This document shows positions 5,954 through 19,658 of a stretch of DNA of 64,000 bases, piece after piece; positions within the stretch are counted from its first letter, which is position 1, and the number at the start of each line of letters is the position of its first letter. The stretch spans positions 18,848,001 through 18,912,000 of the forward strand of contig OZ024765.1 of assembly GCA_964016885.1 (NCBI GenBank). The letters run 5' to 3'. The translations under genes and the position numbers were made by a program. A model generated the notes under the pieces. It saw only the letters and a program-made list of their open reading frames with translations. It made no database searches and was not told the DNA's origin. The DNA comes from Eledone cirrhosa (Eukaryota).

Positions 5954-8900
5954 CTTTCTAGTAACAACACTAAGAAACCCATGAACGCCACCACGTCCTA
6001 AATCTAACTCTGCGATCGTCATATCAAATCGAAATACTTCACCAACTGTGGAAGATGAAGGATTGAAGAACTATGATATATAGCGAAGAGGCTTGTCTCC
6101 AGAACATTTAGTAAGGTGTAAGCCAAGGGTTGCCAAATATTTTGGCGTCATTTCCCACATTCACATGAAAAAATGTTCCACCAGCCACCTGTATAGTAAA
6201 TATTCCAAAGTATACCAAATATGTTTCGTAAATGTTTGTTCCTGGTTTAATTTTCCCAATTAGCTTCCTGATTTTTATTCAGGTTCTTTGCATATATTCC
6301 TTGAATAGGTTTTCGGGTAGCATACCTTCTTAAATCTCAAAATTCTATATCGGCCACCAAAGTTTCCAATGGCCCTCAATTTTCTGTTCAGCTGCTCATC
6401 GCCCACCCAACAGTTGAAACCGCCCAGTTGAGGAACCCCTGTGGGTGAGCTACCTCGAATGATGCTATATATTAATCGAGAAGAGGAGGTGACTATTATA
6501 ATTTTTATAAGTAATAATCTTTTAAAGACAAGAGGAAATTTCATCATTAAAATCATAAATATATGTCTACAGAATACAGATTATCAAAATGAAATTAAAA
6601 GCAAGTAAATCAGGGGCCACTAAACTTTACATATTTAGTTTTATTTCTATCGTGAAAAATGTTGATCTTCAGATATTAGATTATGGCGGCTGTAATTGTC
6701 TTTGTGTTTACGTGTTTGTTTGAAATCCTATGTTAATGTTCGTCTCTCTTTAAACATCGTTTATAGTTTGTTAAAATTAATTTTAGATTATTCGTACCTC
6801 GTCTGTGTGGTTTATTTTGATGTAGCGTCCCTGTCTTGTTTATTTTTGGTTACATTTTAAATGTGAAATACAGGAACATCAGACATTAAAATGAAATGTT
6901 ACGTAAAACACACACCTTGTGTTTATTCCAGGTATTTAGATAGATGTCCAGATGTCCACTGACAACAAAATAATACAATCATCTAGTTAAACTTGGTAAT
7001 AATCCAGGTTCGTTGCAGTCACCATTCACCAATGGTTAGAAAGAAACAAAAACAAAAGACGTATTCAGCAGTTAATGAAGTGAAAACAAAATAAAAACAA
7101 CTTTACTGAATAAAATTCATTTCTTAATTTCAATAAGGTTTTTTGTTCTTTCTTTTATGAAAAAAAAAAAATTTAATTAAAATATGTTGAATATAATATG
7201 GGACATTACTACAACGTACAGCATTATTAGTTCAAATCTTACTTAATAAAAGCAACAAATACGCAGTTATTAGTATAAAACCTAACGGAAATCGAACCCT
7301 AAATCAGGATCTCCACCGTCTCTAGCGCTTACCATTAGGCCACAGGGACGGTTACAAAAATGCATTGAAAATTAATATTTACTTACCTATACTAGAAAAA
7401 ACCGGATGTGGAGAAAATTGAAAAACTTCTTCTTTTTCTTCCTCTGATTTTTGCCACGAACGATAACTCGTCTCTGACTTAAATCCAAATTTTGGTTAAA
7501 AAAAAATCAGAGGAAGAAAAAGAAGATGTTTTTCAATTTTCTCCACTTCCGGTTTTTTCTAGTAATGAAAAAGTAGGTTTATAAATATCAATTTTCAGTA
7601 AGTTTCTGTAACCGTCCCTTTAGCCTAGTGGTAAGTTTAAGAACCGGTGGAAGTCCAGGTCCGGGGTTCGATCACTGTCAGTGTGTCGTATTATATTTTT
7701 TATAGTATAAAACAAAAATAAAAAAGTAACTTTATAAATATTAATTTTCACACTGTTTTTATATTTGTCTCCGTGGCCTAATGGTAGGTATTAGAGACGG
7801 TGGAGAACCTGCTCTGGGTTTCTATTTCAGTCAAAGTCTATAGATAATAATTTCATTTTTTACTTTACTAGAGAAAAATTTAAATTTAAAAATATATAGT
7901 ACAGATTCGGACTGAGATTGAACACCACATCAGTGTCTACATAGTCTCTAACACCTACCATCAGGCCAACGAAACAGATACAAGAACATAAGAAAAAATT
8001 TATATTTAGAAACCTACTTTCAATTTCCAAGCAAAATAGATGTGCTGGCGTTCATGGCTTTCTCATTGTTATTTCTACTATAATCGGGTCAATGTTTACA
8101 TTTATTCTTCTGGGGCTTTCATAAAATATATTTTCACTTTCTTTCGGGTTCATTAGATCCTACAACCAGATGATCTACAGGGACCTTCTTCATGGTCATA
8201 GCTGATTATTAAATAAATACGGGAGAGTGTGTGTGTGTGTATTAGATCTTGCCGTGATGTACTCAGCAATAATGGTTTTCAATTCCGTCGTCCCTCCATC
8301 CTTGGTGTGTATATAAATATATATGTGATTTTAACGTACAACGGCGACAATATATAAATCTGTTTTGTTTGATAATAATTAGATAAAGCTAATTCTACAA
8401 CCCCTGTTAAACATCGAAACCACGACTATAAAATATAGCAACAACCACGACATAAGTCTCTGGTTAAATATGATTTAATGAAATTATTGCTAGAGATTGA
8501 TCCCTAATATTTTATCTCACTCCTTAACCAGGGAGGAAAGGTCCTCAGACTCGGACAATGTTGATAAGGAGAGGAGAGTGTATCCTTATTTGTCACGTCT
8601 TTCCAGTTGTCACGGTATATAAAAGGCAGTAGTACTAGTCACTCCTGCGAAAGACGTTGTCAGTTAGCCTTCTGTAACTAGAGAAGAAGGTCGTGGCTTT
8701 TTTCCTCCCTATCACATAATTCATACATTTGTCATCCTTTAGATATCAATATACAAGAGAAAGAAGAAAATTGAGAACTTCGGTCTTTTAAAAGTAACAT
8801 TTATTACATTAGAGCAAAATCTTGCATTAACAATATTTTGTGAGACTAAACAAGGAATGGACAAAGAGATTATTAAACGTCAATACATTCTACAGAAAAT

Positions 8901-10491
8901 CGAAATGAGAATAATTACAGAGATACTTTACAAAATGTTTCGCGATATGGTTCAAGTTATTTTGTAGTAATATGCAGCAATATTTATACATGTCTCTTAT
9001 ACCCCTCCACGAGGAATTGTGAATATGTATGAATATGATTTTAAAGATGGCTAAACATGTTGAAGAAAAAAAAGGAATTCAGATGATAGGAATAATAAAA
9101 CATTCCTTTGCCTAGCTAAATGTCGAGAGGTCTAAAACACTAGTTGAATGATATGTGTGATACGACCTAGAATATTTTTTGGGGGCATGGTCAGACGACT
9201 TCAGAAAATACGGAGAAGCTATTGAAGGAATCCAGAAAAGAACAAAACAGAAAACACCAAGAATTATTAAGAAATCTGTCTTCTGAAGAAAGATGTTAAA
9301 CTTTAGGGATTGCAAATTTAGAGGAGATAAATCTAAGAGTGTGGGGGGACATGATAGAAATATATATTTAAAGGACTAATATTTAAATAGTAGTACACTA
9401 TTCCAATGTAAAGCTCTGAATAGCTATATCTTTCGGGGAGATATATCAAACGAGTGACATGATAGAAATATTTAAAATAATGAAAAGACTACAATATACG
9501 GTATTGCAGAAGTAAATGAAAATATAAGAAGACATCACCATTGAACTGCAGATGAAAGTCAGTACTCTTTACATTTATCTCAGGTATATAGAAAGCTATC
9601 CTGACGTCCACTGATTGAAATATAAAACAATAAAGAAACACCACAATCCAGTAAACCTTAGTAATAATCCAATTAAGCCGCCATTTACAGTAGAAAATAG
9701 TAGGAAAAACAAAGACACACTCAGAAGTTAATGCAGTGAAAACAATAAAAATATTATTAATAAATAATAATAATTTCATTTCATATTATCATTAATTGTT
9801 TGTCTATTTTTATTGTAAACATAAAATATACTAATATATATATATACATTTATACATCGATACATTCTGTGAGTATGTCTTACTTAGGCAAAAGTCAAGT
9901 AATTTGCGGGGAGGAACCAATCCGTTAAATTGATCCCAGTACATGACTGGTACTATAAGTTATATGCTCCAAAATCATAAAATGATGGGTTAATCTAAAC
10001 ACTGAGAACACAAAGGTGGGGTAAAATTATTTAAAAATTGTGGTTTTAATATTTTATCTTTTATTTACAAATTATATGTCTTGGTGTCATATTTAAGGAT
10101 ATAATGTAGTTATTGGTGGAAATAATATATGTGATGAAGAGGTGTATATAACTGTGGATATAGAATTGTTTTAATCATTATTTTTAACGGACGAAAAAAC
10201 TACATAATGACTTCTAGTCGGAGTTACGGGAAATTACGGCAAAGACCCTCCATGAAGGTTCAAATATTACACATTATCTATATATAGGAATCAGGCTAAA
10301 CAATTTACGGGCACGTCGCTCTAAGTTGGAATATTTTTAACAGACACGGGAGTTAGGTATGGCATATTTCAAATAAGAGAACATTATTACAGACGGAGTC
10401 ATTGTAGGTTCAAATCATTGTTAGACCGATCAGAAAGAAAATGGATATTTAATTCATGAAAAAACCTGAAGTGTGAAAGACAGAGTCGACC
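5954..10491 (+). repeat. Array unit 2, 4538 bp
   Basis: Between successive unit markers. Confidence 0.95.
8905..8967 (+). CDS. Candidate micropeptide copy, unit 2
   Basis: Same peptide; synonymous TTT/CAA codons. Confidence 0.38.
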   Translation: MRIITEILYKMFRDMVQVIL

Positions 10492-13400
10492 CATTCTAGT
10501 AACAACACTAAGAAACCCATGAACGCCACCACGTCCTAAATCTAACTCTGCGATCGTCATATCAAATCGAAATACTTCACCAACTGTGGAAGATGAAGGA
10601 TTGAAGAACTATGATATATAGCGAAGAGGCTTGTCTCCAGAATATTTAGTAAGGTGTAAGCCAAGGGTTGCCAAATATTTTGGCGTCATTTCCCACATTC
10701 ACATGAAAAAATTTTTCCACCAGCCACCTGTATAGTAAATATTCCAAAGTATACCAAATATGTTTCGTAAATGTTTGTTCCTGGTTTAATTTTCCCAATT
10801 AGCTTCCTGATTTTTATTCAGGTTCTTTGCATATATTCCTTGAATAGGTTTTCGGGTAGCATACCTTCTTAAATCTCAAAATTCTATATCGGCCACCAAA
10901 GTTTCCAATGGCCCAACTTTCTGATCAGCTGCTCATCGCCCACCCAACAGTTGAAACCGCCCAGTTGAGGAACCCCTGTGGGTAAGCTACCTCGAATGAT
11001 GCTATATATTAATCGAGAGGAGGAGGTGACTATTATGATTTTTATAAGTAATAATCTTTTAAAGACAAGATGAAATTTCATCATTAAAATCATAAATATA
11101 TGTCTACAGAATACAGATTATCAAAATGAAATTAAAAGTAAGTAAATCAGGGGCCACTAAACTTTACATATTTAGTTTTATTTCTATCGTGAAAAATGTT
11201 GATATTCAGATATTAGATTATGGCGGCTGTAATTGTCTTTGTGTTTACGTGTTTGTTTGAAATCCTATTTTAATGTTCGTCTCTCTTTAAACATCGTTTA
11301 TAGTTTGTTAAAATTAATTTTAGATTATTCGTACCTCGTCTGTGTGGTTTATATTGATGTAGCGTCCCTGTCTTGTTTATTTTTGGTTACATTTTAAATG
11401 TGAAATACAGGACCATCAGACATTAAAATGAAATGTTACGTAAAACACACACCTTGTGTTTATTCCAGGTATTTAGATAGATGTCCACTGACAACAAAAT
11501 AATACAATCATCCAGTGAAACTTGGTAATAATCCAGGTTCGTTGCAGTCACCATTCACAGTAAACAATGGTTAGAAAGAATCAAAAACAAAAGACGTATT
11601 CAGCAGTTAATGAAGTGAAAAGAAAAGAAAAACAACTTTACTGAATAAAATTCATTTCTTAATTTCAATAAGGTTTTTTGTTCTTTCTTTTATAAAAAAA
11701 AAAAATTTTAATTAAAATATGTTGAATATAATATGGGACATTACTACAACGTACAACATTATTAGTTCAAATCTTACTTAATAAAAGCAACAAATACGCA
11801 GTTATTAGTATAAAACCTAACGGAAATCGAACCCTAAATCAGGATCTCCACCGTCTCTAGCGCTTACCATTAGGCCACAGGGACGGTTACAAAAATGCAT
11901 TGAAAATTAATATTTACTTACCTATACTAGAAAAAACCGGAAGTGGAGAAAATTGAAAAACTTCTTCTTTTTCTTCCTCTGATTTTTGCCACGAACGATA
12001 ACTCGTCTCTGACTTAAATCCAAATTTTGGTTAAAAAAAAATCAGAGGAAGAAAAAGAAGATGTTTTTCAATTTTCTCCACTTCCGGTTTTTTCTAGTAA
12101 TGAAAAAGTAGGTTTATAAATATCAATTTTCAGTAAGTTTCTGTAACCGTCCCTTTAGCCTAGTGGTAAGTATAAGAGCCGGTGGAGGTTCAGGTCCGGG
12201 GTTCAATCACCGGCAGTGTGTCGTATTATATTTTTTATAGTATAAAACAAAAATAAAAAAGTAACTTTATAAATATTAATTTTCACACTGTTTTTATATC
12301 TGTCTCCGTGGCCTAATGGTAGGTATTAGAGACGGTGGAGAACCTGCTCTGGGTTTCGATTTCAGTCAAAGTCTATAGATAATAATTTCATTTTTTACTT
12401 TACTAGAGAAAAATTTAAATTTAAAAATATATAGTACAGATTCGGACTGAGATTGAACACCACATCAGTGTCTACATAGTCTCTAACACCTACCATTAGG
12501 CCAACGAAACAGATACAAGAACATAAGAAACAATTTATATTTATAAACCTACTTTCAATTTCCAAGCAAAATAGATGTGCTGGCGTTCATGGCTTTCTCA
12601 TTGTTATTTCTACTATAATCAGGTCAATGTTTACATTTATTCTTCTGGGGCTTTCATAAAATATATTTTCACTTTCTTTCGGGTTCATTAGATCCTACAA
12701 CCAGATGATCTACAGGGACCTTCTTCATGGTGATAGCTGATAATTAAATATATACGGGAGAGTGTGTGTGTTTGTGTGTGTGTATTAGATCTTGCCGTGA
12801 TGTACTCAGCAATAATGGTTTTCAATTCCGTCGTCCCTCCATCCTTGGTGTGTATATAAATATATATGTGATTTTAACGTACAACGGCGACAATATATAA
12901 ATCTGTTTTGTTTGATAATAATTAAATAAAGCTAATTCTACAACCCCTGTTAAACATTGAAACCACGACTATAAAATATAGCAACAACCACGACATAACA
13001 GTCTCTGGTTAAATATGATTTAATGAAATTATTGCTAGAGATTGATCCCTAATATTTTATCTCATTCTTTAACCAGGGAGGAAAGGTCCTCAGACTCGGA
13101 CAATGTTGATAAGGAGAGCAGAGTGTATCCTTATTTGTCACGTCTTTCCAGTTGTCACGGTATATAAAAGGCAGTAGTACTAGTCACTCCTGCGAAAGAC
13201 GTTGTCAGTTAGCCTTCTGTAACGAGAGAAGAAGGTCGTGGCTTTTTTCCTCCCTATCACATAATTCATACATTTGTCATCCTTTAGATATCAATATACA
13301 AGAGAAAGAAGAAAATTGAGAACTTCGGTCTTTTAAAAGTAACATTTATTACATTAGAGCAAAATCTTGCATTAACAATATTTTGTGAGACTAAACATGT

Positions 13401-15118
13401 TATGGACAAAGAGATTATTAGAACAGGGCAATTGTCTCTATCTTAAACGTCAATACATTCTACAGAAAATCGAAATGAGAATAATTACAGAGATACTTTA
13501 CAAAATGTTCCGCGATATGGTTCAGGTTATTTTGTAGTAATATGCAGCTATATTTATACATGTCTCTTATACCCCTCCACGAGGAATTGTGAATATGTAT
13601 GAATATGATTTTAAAGATGGCTAAACATGTTGAAGAAAAAAAAGGAATTCAGATGATAGGAATAATAAAGTATTCCTTTGCCTAGCTAAATGTCGAGAGG
13701 TCTAAAACACTAGTTGAATGATATGTGTGATACGACCTAGAATATTGTTTTAGGGCATGGTCAGACGACTTCAGAAAATACGGAGAAGCTATTGAAGGAA
13801 TCCAGAGAAGAACAAAACAGAAAACACCAGAAGTATTAAGAAATATGTCTTCTGAAGAAAGATGTTAAACTTTAGGGATTGCAAATTTAGAGGAGATAAA
13901 TCTAAGAGGGTGGAGGGACATGATAGAAATATATATTTAAAGGACTAATATTTAAATAGTAGTACACCATTTCAATGTAAAGCCCTGAATAACTACATCT
14001 TTTGGGGAGATATATCAAACGAGTGACATGAGAGAAATATTTAAAATAATGAAAAGACTACAATATACAGTATTGCAGAAGTAAATGAAAATATAAGAAG
14101 ACATCACCATTGAACTGCAGATGAAAGTCAGTACTCTTTACATTTATCCCAGGTATATAGAAAGCTATCCTGATGTCCACTGATTGAAATATAAAACAAT
14201 AAAGAAACACCACAATCCAGTAAACGTTAGTAATAATCCAATTAAGCCGCCATTTACAGTAGAAAATAGTAAGAAAAACAATGTCACACTCATGCAGTGA
14301 AAATAATAAAAATATTATTAATAAATAATAATAATTTCATTTCATATTATCATTAAATTGTTTGTCTATTTTTATTGTAAACATAAGATATATACATAAA
14401 TATATATATATATATATATACATATATTATTATTATTATTATATATATAGATTCATACATATACATCGATACATTCTGTGAGTATGTCTTACTTAGGCAA
14501 AAGTCAAGTAATTTGCGGGGAGGAACCAATCCGTTAAATTGATCCCAGTGCATGACTGGTACTATAAGTTATCAGCTCCAAAATCATAAAATTATGGATT
14601 AATCTAAACACTGAGAACACAAAGGTGGGGTAAAATTATTTAAAATTTGAGGTTTTAATATTTTATCTTTTATTTACAAATTATATATCTTGGTGTCATA
14701 TTTAAGGATATAATGTAGTTATTGGTGGAAATAATATAATATGTGATGAAGAGGTGTATATAACTGTGGATATAGAATTGTTTTAATCATTATTTTTAAC
14801 GGACGAAAAAAACTACATAATGACTTCTAGTCGGAGTTACGGGAAATTACGGCAAAGACCCTCAATGAAGGTTCAAATATTACACACCTACACATTATCT
14901 ATATATAGGACTGAGGCTAAACAATTTACGGGCACGTCGCTCTAAGTTGGAATATTTTTAACACACACAGACAAGGGAGTTAGGTATGGCATATTTCAAA
15001 TAAGAGAACGTTATTAAAGACGGAGTCATTGTAGGTTCAAATCATTGTTAGACCCATCAGAAAGAAAATGGATATTTAATTCATGAAAAAACCTGAAGTG
15101 TGAAAGACAGAGTCGACC
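10492..15118 (+). repeat. Array unit 3, 4627 bp
   Basis: Between successive unit markers. Confidence 0.95.
13475..13537 (+). CDS. Candidate micropeptide copy, unit 3
   Basis: Same peptide; TTC/CAG codons as in unit 1. Confidence 0.38.
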   Translation: MRIITEILYKMFRDMVQVIL

Positions 15119-18100
15119 CTTTCTAGTAACAACACTAAGAAACCCATGAACGCCACCACGTCCTAAATCTAACTCTGCGATCGTCATATCAAATCGAAAT
15201 ACTTCACCAACTGTGGAAGATGAAGGATTGAAGAACTATGATATATAGCGAAGAGGCTTGTCTCCAGAACATTTAGTAAGGTGTAAGCCAAGGGTTGCCA
15301 AATATTTTGGCGTCATTTCCCACATTCACATGAAAAAATGTTCCACCAGCCACCTGTATAGTAAATATTCCAAAGTATACCAAATATGTTTCGTAAATGT
15401 TTGTTCCTGGTTTAATTTTCCCAATTAGCTTCCTGATTTTTATTCAGGTTCTTTGCATATATTCCTTGAATAGGTTTTCGGGTAGCATACCTTCTTAAAT
15501 CTCAAAATTCTATATCGGCCACCAAAGTTTCCAATGGCCCTCAATTTTCTGTTCAGCTGCTCATCGCCCACCCAACAGTTGAAACCGGCCAGTTGAGGAA
15601 CCCCTGTGGGTAAGCTACCTCGAATGATGCTATATATTAATCGAGAAGAGGAGGTGACTATTATAATTTTTATAAGTAATAATCTTTTAAAGACAAGAGG
15701 AAATTTCATCATTAAAATCATAAATATATGTCTACAGAATACAGATTATCAAAATGAAATTAAAAGCAAGTAAATCAGGGGCCACTAAACTTTACATATT
15801 TAGTTTTATTTCTATCGTGAAAAATGTTGATCTTCAGATATTAGATTATGGCGGCTGTAATTGTCTTTGTGTTTACGTGTTTGTTTGAAATCCTATGTTA
15901 ATGTTCGTCTCTCTTTAAACATCGTTTATAGTTTGTTAAAATTAATTTTAGATTATTCGTACCTCGTCTGTGTGGTTTATTTTGATGTAGCGTCCCTGTC
16001 TTGTTTATTTTTGGTTACATTTTAAATGTGAAATACAGGAACATCAGACATTAAAATGAAATGTTACGTAAAACACACACCTTGTGTTTATTCCAGGTAT
16101 TTAGATAGATGTCCAGATGTCCACTGACAACAAAATAATACGATCATCTAGTTAAACTTGGTAATAATCCAGGTTCGTTGCAGTCACCATTCACCAATGG
16201 TTAGAAAGAAACAAAAACAAAAGACGTATTCAGCAGTTAATGAAGTGAAAACAAAATAAAAACAACTTTACTGAATAAAATTCATTTCTTAATTTCAATA
16301 AGGTTTTTTGTTCTTTCTTTTATGAAAAAAAAAAAATTTAATTAAAATATGTTGAATATAATATGGGACATTACTACAACGTACAGCATTATTAGTTCAA
16401 ATCTTACTTAATAAAAGCAACAAATACGCAGTTATTAGTATAAAACCTAACTGAAATCGAACCCTAAATCAGGATCTCCACCGTCTCTAGCGCTTACCAT
16501 TAGGCCACAGGGACGGTTACAAAAATGCATTGAAAATTAATATTTACTTACCTATACTAGAAAAAACCGGATGTGGAGAAAATTGAAAAACTTCTTCTTT
16601 TTCTTCCTCTGATTTTTGCCACGAACGATAACTCGTCTCTGACTTAAATCCAAATTTTGGTTAAAAAAAAATCAGAGGAAGAAAAAGAAGATGTTTTTCA
16701 ATTTTCTCCACTTCCGGTTTTTTCTAGTAATAAAAAAGTAGGTTTATAAATATCAATTTTCAGTAAGTTTCTGTAACCGTCCCTTTAGCCTAGTGGTAAG
16801 TTTAAGAACCGGTGGAAGTCCAGGTCCGGGGTTCGATCACTGTCAGTGTGTCGTATTATATTTTTTATAGTATAAAACAAAAATAAAAAAGTAACTTTAT
16901 AAATATTAATTTTCACACTGTTTTTATATTTGTCTCCGTGGCCTAATGGTAGGTATTAGAGACGGTGGAGAACCTGCTCTGGGTTTCTATTTCAGTCAAA
17001 GTCTATAGATAATAATTTCATTTTTTACTTTACTAGAGAAAAATTTAAATTTAAAAATATATAGTACAGATTCGGACTGAGATTGAACACCACATCAGTG
17101 TCTACATAGTCTCTAACACCTACCATCAGGCCAACGAAACAGATACAAGAACATAAGAAAAAATTTATATTTAGAAACCTACTTTCAATTTCCAAGCAAA
17201 ATAGATGTGCTGGCGTTCATGGCTTTCTCATTGTTATTTCTACTATAATCGGGTCAATGTTTACATTTATTCTTCTGGGGCTTTCATAAAATATATTTTC
17301 ACTTTCTTTCGGGTTCATTAGATCCTACAACCAGATGATCTACAGGGACCTTCTTCATGGTCATAGCTGATTATTAAATAAATACGGGAGAGTGTGTGTG
17401 TGTGTATTAGATCTTGCCGTGATGTACTCAGCAATAATGGTTTTCAATTCCGTCGTCCCTCCATCCTTGGTGTGTATATAAATATATATGTGATTTTAAC
17501 GTACAACGGCGACAATATATAAATCTGTTTTGTTTGATAATAATTAGATAAAGCTAATTCTACAACCCCTGTTAAACATCGAAACCACGACTATAAAATA
17601 TAGCAACAACCACGACATAAGTCTCTGGTTAAATATGATTTAATGAAATTATTGCTAGAGATTGATCCCTAATATTTTATCTCACTCCTTAACCAGGGAG
17701 GAAAGGTCCTCAGACTCGGACAATGTTGATAAGGAGAGGAGAGTGTATCCTTATTTGTCACGTCTTTCCAGTTGTCACGGTATATAAAAGGCAGTAGTAC
17801 TAGTCACTCCTGCGAAAGACGTTGTCAGTTAGCCTTCTGTAACTAGAGAAGAAGGTCGTGGCTTTTTTCCTCCCTATCACATAATTCATACATTTGTCAT
17901 CCTTTAGATATCAATATACAAGAGAAAGAAGAAAATTGAGAACTTCGGTCTTTTAAAAGTAACATTTATTACATTAGAGCAAAATCTTGCATTAACAATA
18001 TTTTGTGAGACTAAACAAGGAATGGACAAAGAGATTATTAAACGTCAATACATTCTACAGAAAATCGAAATGAGAATAATTACAGAGATACTTTACAAAA

Positions 18101-19658
18101 TGTTTCGCGATATGGTTCAAGTTATTTTGTAGTAATATGCAGCTATATTTATACATGTCTCTTATACCCCTCCACGAGGAATTGTGAATATGTATGAATA
18201 TGATTTTAAAGATGGCTAAACATGTTGAAGAAAAAAAAGGAATTCAGATGATAGGAATAATAAAACATTCCTTTGCCTAGCTAAATGTCGAGAGGTCTAA
18301 AACACTAGTTGAATGATATGTGTGATACGACCTAGAATATTTTTTGGGGGCATGGTCAGACGACTTCAGAAAATACGGAGAAGCTATTGAAGGAATCCAG
18401 AAAAGAACAAAACAGAAAACACCAAGAATTATTAAGAAATCTGTCTTCTGAAGAAAGATGTTAAACTTTAGGGATTGCAAATTTAGAGGAGATAAATCTA
18501 AGAGTGTGGGGGAACATGATAGAAATATATATTTAAAGGACTAATATTTAAATAGTAGTACACTATTCCAATGTAAAGCTCTGAATAGCTATATCTTTCG
18601 GGGAGATATATCAAACGAGTGACATGATAGAAATATTTAAAATAATGAAAAGACTACAATATACGGTATTGCAGAAGTAAATGAAAATATAAGAAGACAT
18701 CACCATTGAACTGCAGATGAAAGTCAGTACTCTTTACATTTATCTCAGGTATATAGAAAGCTATCCTGACGTCCACTGATTGAAATATAAAACAATAAAG
18801 AAACACCACAATCCAGTAAACCTTAGTAATAATCCAATTAAGCCGCCATTTACAGTAGAAAATAGTAGGAAAAACAAAGACACACTCAGAAGTTAATGCA
18901 GTGAAAACAATAAAAATATTATTAATAAATAATAATAATTTCATTTCATATTATCATTAATTGTTTGTCTATTTTTATTGTAAACATAAAATATACTAAT
19001 ATATATATATACATTTATACATCGATACATTCTGTGAGTATGTCTTACTTAGGCAAAAGTCAAGTAATTTGCGGGGAGGAACCAATCCGTTAAATTGATC
19101 CCAGTACATGACTGGTACTATAAGTTATATGCTCCAAAATCATAAAATGATGGGTTAATCTAAACACTGAGAACACAAAGGTGGGGTAAAATTATTTAAA
19201 AATTGTGGTTTTAATATTTTATCTTTTATTTACAAATTATATGTCTTGGTGTCATATTTAAGGATATAATGTAGTTATTGGTGGAAATAATATATGTGAT
19301 GAAGAGGTGTATATATAACTGTGGATATAGAATTGTTTTAATCATTATTTTTAACGGACGAAAAAACTACATAATGACTTCTAGTCGGAGTTACGGGAAA
19401 TTACGGCAAAGACCCTCCATGAAGGTTCAAATATTACACATTATCTATATATAGTATTCAGGCTAAACAATTTACGGGCACGTCGCTCTAAGTTGGAATA
19501 TTTTTAACAGACACGGGAGTTAGGTATGGCATATTTCAAATAAGAGAACATTATTACAGACGGAGTCATTGTAGGTTCAAATCATTGTTAGACCGATCAG
19601 AAAGAAAATGGATATTTAATTCATGAAAAAACCTGAAGTGTGAAAGACAGAGTCGACC
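15119..19658 (+). repeat. Array unit 4, 4540 bp (near-copy of unit 2)
   Basis: Between successive unit markers; ORFs offset 9165 bp from unit 2. Confidence 0.95.
18070..18132 (+). CDS. Candidate micropeptide copy, unit 4
   Basis: Same peptide. Confidence 0.38.
   Translation: MRIITEILYKMFRDMVQVIL

Noticed and set aside
6275-6556. 93-aa minus-strand ORF as an intact gene
   Set aside because: N-terminus is antisense AT-rich intron; the rest is a frameshifted transposase relic; disrupted in units 3, 5 and 14.
9112-9315. 67-aa and 61-aa minus-strand ORFs over the LINE region
   Set aside because: Antisense shadow of the CR1 relic; present in only some units.
9489-9779. Recurrent 74-96-aa hydrophobic minus-strand ORF (MKLLLFINN...)
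   Set aside because: Antisense to the A-rich exon 3/3'UTR of module A; hydrophobicity reflects T-richness; frameshifted or truncated in several units.
14353-14553. 61-66-aa ORFs MHWDQF/MYWDQF...
   Set aside because: Span a SINE remnant and an (AT)n tract; open only when repeat length happens to be in frame.
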